Origin: Polyangiales bacterium
GTDB taxonomy: Bacteria; Myxococcota_A; Polyangia; Polyangiales; Polyangiaceae
Reading direction: 5' to 3'
NCBI GenBank assembly: GCA_038231275.1
Contig: JBBRLQ010000053.1
Coordinates: 1-30,800, forward strand
DNA length: 30,800 nt
Below, piece after piece: positions 26,969 through 30,800 of this stretch. The notes beneath the pieces are model-generated. The model worked only from the letters and a program-made list of their open reading frames with translations, was not told the DNA's origin and did no database searches. Position 1 is the first letter of the stretch, and each line of letters begins with the position of its first letter. The translations under genes were made by a program, and so were the position numbers.

Positions 26969-28804
26969 TCAGACCGGGGGCGGCGGGGCCGACGCGGTGG
27001 CGCTGCGCGGCTTGGCCACGGGGAGGAGGACCGAGACGACGGTGCCTTGTCCGACGACCGAGCCGACCCTCACCTCGCCGCTCATGCTCTTCACGATGCC
27101 GTGCACCAGCGCGAGACCGAGCCCCGCGCCTTGGCCCAGCGGTTTCGTCGTGAAGAACGGGTCGAAGATGCGGGGCAGCGCGTCCGCGGGGATGCCGCGC
27201 CCGGTGTCGCGGATCTCGACGAGGACGCAATCGTCGCCGGCCTTGCTCGTGACGATGCGGATTTCGTGGTGTTCCGGCTCACCCTCCGGCAACGCTTGCA
27301 CCGCGTTGGACAGAAGGTTCACGAAGACCTGATGGAGGCGCGTCTCGCTGCCTGCGACGTCGGGCACCGTGTCGAGCTGCATCACGAGCCGCGCGCGCGC
27401 CTCCAGATCGGTCGACACCATGCGGACCGCGGTCTTCAGCACGTCCGCGACGGCGACCGGGCGCGGGGCGATCTCCTCGCCGAAGGAGAGAGCGCGCATG
27501 TCGGCGACGATCCGGCGGACGCGCTCGGCGCCGGTCTGCGCGTCTGCGAGCGCCTCGAGCACCTCTCGCATCGACGCGGCGGCCGCGTGGCCTGCGCGCG
27601 GATCGCTCCCGAGCTCCTCTTTGAGCGCGAGGAGTCGTTCGTGCAGGAAGCTCTGGTTGGCGAGGAGGAACGCGAGCGGGTTGTTGATCTCGTGCGCGAC
27701 GCCCGCCGCCATCATGCCGACCGAGGTCACGCGCTGCGAGAGGGCGAGCGCCTCCTGAGCGCGTTTTCGCTCGGTCAGATCCTGTCCGATGCGGACCGTC
27801 GTCCCGCCCGTCAAGCGCACGGTCGCCCACGTGGTCGGCAGGCGCTCGCCGGCCTTCGTCGTGGACTCGACGTCCTTCCACGCGCCGCTCGCCGCGTCCT
27901 CCCCCGCGAACGCGAGGGCGCGAACATCGGGGCGCGCGTAGTCGTCGAGCGTCCATCCGAGCCGCTCCTCGATTGCGCGGTTGATGCGCACCACCGCGCC
28001 GGCCGCGTCGCAGATCTGGAGCATGACCGGGCTGTGATCGAAGACCTTCTGGAAGAGCTCCTTCTGCGCGGCGAGCTCCGCGGTGCGGGTCTCGACGCGT
28101 TGCTCGAGGGTCCCGCGCGCATCGGCGAGCCCATGAGCGAGCGCCTCGTTCTCGAAGCGAAGTCGGGACGACTCGGTCAACGAACGACCCCCCGTGCGCG
28201 CGATCGACGTCATCGCGAGGCCGAAGAGGACGAGCATGGCCGCCATGGCCCAGTGCAGGCGATCGCCAGCATCGACGAGGCGCACGACGATCGGCGCGAG
28301 CGCCGGTACCGCGAACGCCGGAAACGCGGGCGGGTAGGTGGCGGTCGACGACGCGGCGCCCGCGCACATGCCGCCGAGGACGAAGAGGAGCAGCACTTGC
28401 GCGCCGAGCGACGCGGGCGCGTAGAGCGCGTAGCCGCCCGCGCCCCACACGACGCCATTGACGAACGTGCCTAGGGTGAAGGCGCGTCCCCACCCGCCGG
28501 CCTCCGCGTCGGGCGGCGCGCGCCTTCCGTAGGCGGCGTGGAGCACCACCCGAGCGAGCGTCACCGCGTAAATTGCGGCGAGCCACGGCCACACGCGCGA
28601 ATGGTCGACCTCGGACCAGAGGACGACCGAGACGATCGCGCTGTTGACGATGACGGTGAGAAAGGCGACCCGCCCCTTGGAGTAGAGCGCCCGCACCTGC
28701 TCGGCGCGCACCCTCGTCTCCAAGGCCAGCGGCGCCTGGCCTGCGTCCGTCGGTCCCACGTCTCCTAGATGCAAAGTATCCGTCCCGACTGCTGGGGTCC
28801 ACAT
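26969..28804 (-). CDS. Membrane-bound PAS sensor histidine kinase
   Basis: About 5-6 TM helices, PAS-like segment, H-box AHEINNPL, N-box QVFVNLLSNA, DTGRGI, FDPFFTTK, GAGLGL. Confidence 0.92.
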   Translation of the reverse strand: MWTPAVGTDTLHLGDVGPTDAGQAPLALETRVRAEQVRALYSKGRVAFLTVIVNSAIVSVVLWSEVDHSRVWPWLAAIYAVTLARVVLHAAYGRRAPPDAEAGGWGRAFTLGTFVNGVVWGAGGYALYAPASLGAQVLLLFVLGGMCAGAASSTATYPPAFPAFAVPALAPIVVRLVDAGDRLHWAMAAMLVLFGLAMTSIARTGGRSLTESSRLRFENEALAHGLADARGTLEQRVETRTAELAAQKELFQKVFDHSPVMLQICDAAGAVVRINRAIEERLGWTLDDYARPDVRALAFAGEDAASGAWKDVESTTKAGERLPTTWATVRLTGGTTVRIGQDLTERKRAQEALALSQRVTSVGMMAAGVAHEINNPLAFLLANQSFLHERLLALKEELGSDPRAGHAAAASMREVLEALADAQTGAERVRRIVADMRALSFGEEIAPRPVAVADVLKTAVRMVSTDLEARARLVMQLDTVPDVAGSETRLHQVFVNLLSNAVQALPEGEPEHHEIRIVTSKAGDDCVLVEIRDTGRGIPADALPRIFDPFFTTKPLGQGAGLGLALVHGIVKSMSGEVRVGSVVGQGTVVSVLLPVAKPRSATASAPPPPV

Positions 28805-28863
28805 CGGCGCGCGCGCTGGGGTCTGTGTGGATCTGGCGCGGGGAGGAGTGCTAGGTCACCGTC

Positions 28864-30525
28864 ATGAGCGAACCGCGCGTCCTTCGAGCACCGCGAGGCC
28901 CCGAAATCAGCTGCAAAGGCTGGGTCCAGGAGGCTGCCCTCCGAATGCTCCACAACAACCTCGATCCCGAGGTGGCCGAGCGGCCTCAGGATCTCGTCGT
29001 GTACGGCGGTATCGGCAAGGCCGCCCGCAACTGGCCGGCGTTCGACGTCATCGTCCGAGAGCTCCGCGCCCTCGAGAACGACGAGACGCTGCTCATCCAG
29101 TCCGGCAAGGCGGTCGGCAAGTTCCGCACGACGAAGGACGCGCCGCGCGTGCTCCTCGCGAACTCGAACCTGGTCGGCAAGTGGGCGACGTGGGAGCACT
29201 TCCGGAGCCTCGACGCGGCGGGCCTCATCATGTACGGCCAGATGACCGCGGGCTCGTGGATCTACATCGGCACGCAGGGGATCTTGCAGGGGACGTTCGA
29301 GACGTTCGTAGCCGCCCGAAAAGCCCGGGCCGCGCGAACGGGAGACACGTCGCAGCCGTGGGTGCTGACCGCTGGCCTCGGCGGGATGGGAGGCGCGCAG
29401 CCCCTCGCCGCGACGATGGCCGGTGTGTCGTGCCTCGCCGTCGAGGTCGACCCGTCGCGCATCACGAAGCGCCTCGAGACCAAATACGTCGACGAGCGGA
29501 TCGACGATATCGATCGCGCGCTCGCGCGGATCGATCGCGCCAAGAAGGAAGGGACGCCGGTGTCGGTCGCCCTCTGCGGCAACGCGGCGGAGATCTACCC
29601 CGAGCTCCTGCGCCGCCAGATCGTCCCCGATCTCGTCACCGAGCAGACGAGCGCGCATGATCCGTTGAACGGGTACATCCCCAACGGCTTCACGCTCGAA
29701 GAGGCCGCGGACCTGCGGCACGACGATCCCGAGGGCTACATCGAGCGCGCGAAGGCGAGCATGGCCGAGGAGGTCGAGGCGATGGTCGCGTGGAAGGATC
29801 GCGGCGCCGAGGTCTTCGACTACGGCAACAACATCCGCGCGTGCGCGCAGGAGGCCGGCTACGCGCGCGCGTTCGACGTGCAGGGCTTCGTGCCTTTGTA
29901 CATCAGGCCGCTATTTTGCCAAGGGAAGGGGCCGTTCCGCTGGGTCGCCTTGTCCGGCGATCCGAACGACATCGCCGTGACCGACCAGGTGGTGCTCGAG
30001 ACCGTGCCGAACGATCCGGACCTCGCCGCGTGGATGCGCCTCGCGAGCGAGCGCGTGACGTTCCAGGGTTTGCCGTCGCGCATCTGCTGGCTCGGCTACG
30101 GCGATCGCGCGAAGGTGGGGCTGGCGTTCAACGAGCTCGTGCGCACCGGCAAGGTGAAGGCGCCGATCGTGATCGGCCGTGACCACCTCGACTGCGGCTC
30201 GGTGGCGTCACCGAACCGCGAGACCGAGGCGATGAAGGACGGCTCCGACGCGATCGCCGACTGGGCGATCCTGAACGCGCTCGTCAACACCGCAGCGGGG
30301 GCCAGCTGGGTGAGCTTCCACCATGGCGGCGGCGTCGGTATGGGCATGAGCCTTCACGCGGGGATGGTGGTGGTCGCCGACGGAACGCCCGAAGCCGCGG
30401 CGCGTCTGGGCCGCGTCCTGACGAGCGATCCGGGCATGGGCGTCATCCGCCACGCGGACGCGGGATACGAAGACGCGATCGCGTGCGCAAAAGAAAAAAA
30501 CGTCCACATCCCGCATTCGCTGTAG
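28864..30525 (+). CDS. hutU: Urocanate hydratase
   Basis: [71 protein letters not shown]. Confidence 0.98.
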   Translation: MSEPRVLRAPRGPEISCKGWVQEAALRMLHNNLDPEVAERPQDLVVYGGIGKAARNWPAFDVIVRELRALENDETLLIQSGKAVGKFRTTKDAPRVLLANSNLVGKWATWEHFRSLDAAGLIMYGQMTAGSWIYIGTQGILQGTFETFVAARKARAARTGDTSQPWVLTAGLGGMGGAQPLAATMAGVSCLAVEVDPSRITKRLETKYVDERIDDIDRALARIDRAKKEGTPVSVALCGNAAEIYPELLRRQIVPDLVTEQTSAHDPLNGYIPNGFTLEEAADLRHDDPEGYIERAKASMAEEVEAMVAWKDRGAEVFDYGNNIRACAQEAGYARAFDVQGFVPLYIRPLFCQGKGPFRWVALSGDPNDIAVTDQVVLETVPNDPDLAAWMRLASERVTFQGLPSRICWLGYGDRAKVGLAFNELVRTGKVKAPIVIGRDHLDCGSVASPNRETEAMKDGSDAIADWAILNALVNTAAGASWVSFHHGGGVGMGMSLHAGMVVVADGTPEAAARLGRVLTSDPGMGVIRHADAGYEDAIACAKEKNVHIPHSL

Positions 30526-30532
30526 CGCCCGC

Positions 30533-30568
30533 GACCACGACCACGACCACGACCACGACGGCGACCGC
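30533..30568. repeat. Short hexamer array (GACCAC)x4 GACGGC GACCGC after hutU
   Basis: Same GACNNC unit as the 17799 and 20894 arrays; bracketed by the inverted repeat TAGCGCC (30523-30529) / GGCGCTA (30572-30578). Confidence 0.8.
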
Positions 30569-30584
30569 GAAGGCGCTAGGTGTG

Positions 30585-30622
30585 TGTCATTCCGAAGGTG
30601 GCGCGAGCCACCGAAGAACCCC
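30585..30622 (+). repeat. Possible REP-like palindromic element (TGTCATTCCG...hairpin...GAACC)
   Basis: TGTCATTCCGAA-GGTGGC-GCGA-GCCACC-GAAGAACCCC: 6-bp stem with a GNRA loop behind a GTCATTCCG head, resembling small intergenic REP/CIR-type repeats; only one copy is in the window. Confidence 0.3.
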
Positions 30623-30800
30623 CAACGCGCCTCGCGCCCCCCTTCTTCTCTTCGTGCTCCAACCGCGGGCCCGGTGCTCTCGCTTTGGTCAAGCCCGCGC
30701 CAGGCTTCGCCTGTCACTCGGGCTTGCAGCATCGGTTGGGCGCTCGCGAAGGTGTGCTTGGGTCGTTTCCATGAATTTTCTCCTCCGACGGGGCGGAGGA

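Overview
High-GC bacterial chromosomal segment with about 25 protein-coding genes. The gene style suggests a myxobacterium of the Polyangiales (inference from the PGRS-like and D/A/G-rich lipoproteins, TSP3-OmpA and DUF4388-DnaJ). Bases 1-7.9 kb hold a cluster of surface and lipoprotein genes: a partial probable PEGA-type protein, a Gly-rich PGRS-like lipoprotein followed by an orphan frameshifted copy of its C-terminus, a DUF3494 ice-binding-family lipoprotein, an OmpA/TSP3 protein and a repeat plus Kelch lipoprotein. Housekeeping genes hrpB, murB, efp, hflX and hutU are interspersed with accessory genes. The main points of interest are: (i) a translationally coupled three-gene operon of a TPR-like membrane protein, an 89-aa membrane peptide with a G-H-G-A-N-C-S-S motif, and a radical SAM/SPASM enzyme, which looks like an uncharacterised peptide/protein-modification system; (ii) two tandem lipoprotein copper type II monooxygenases, each fused to a c-type heme domain; (iii) three related degenerate hexamer (NNNGTC)n arrays next to TAG stop codons; (iv) hflX apparently starting at a non-canonical ATC codon. 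I saw no rRNA, tRNA, CRISPR array or transposase. All family assignments come from motif recognition by eye, not database searches.
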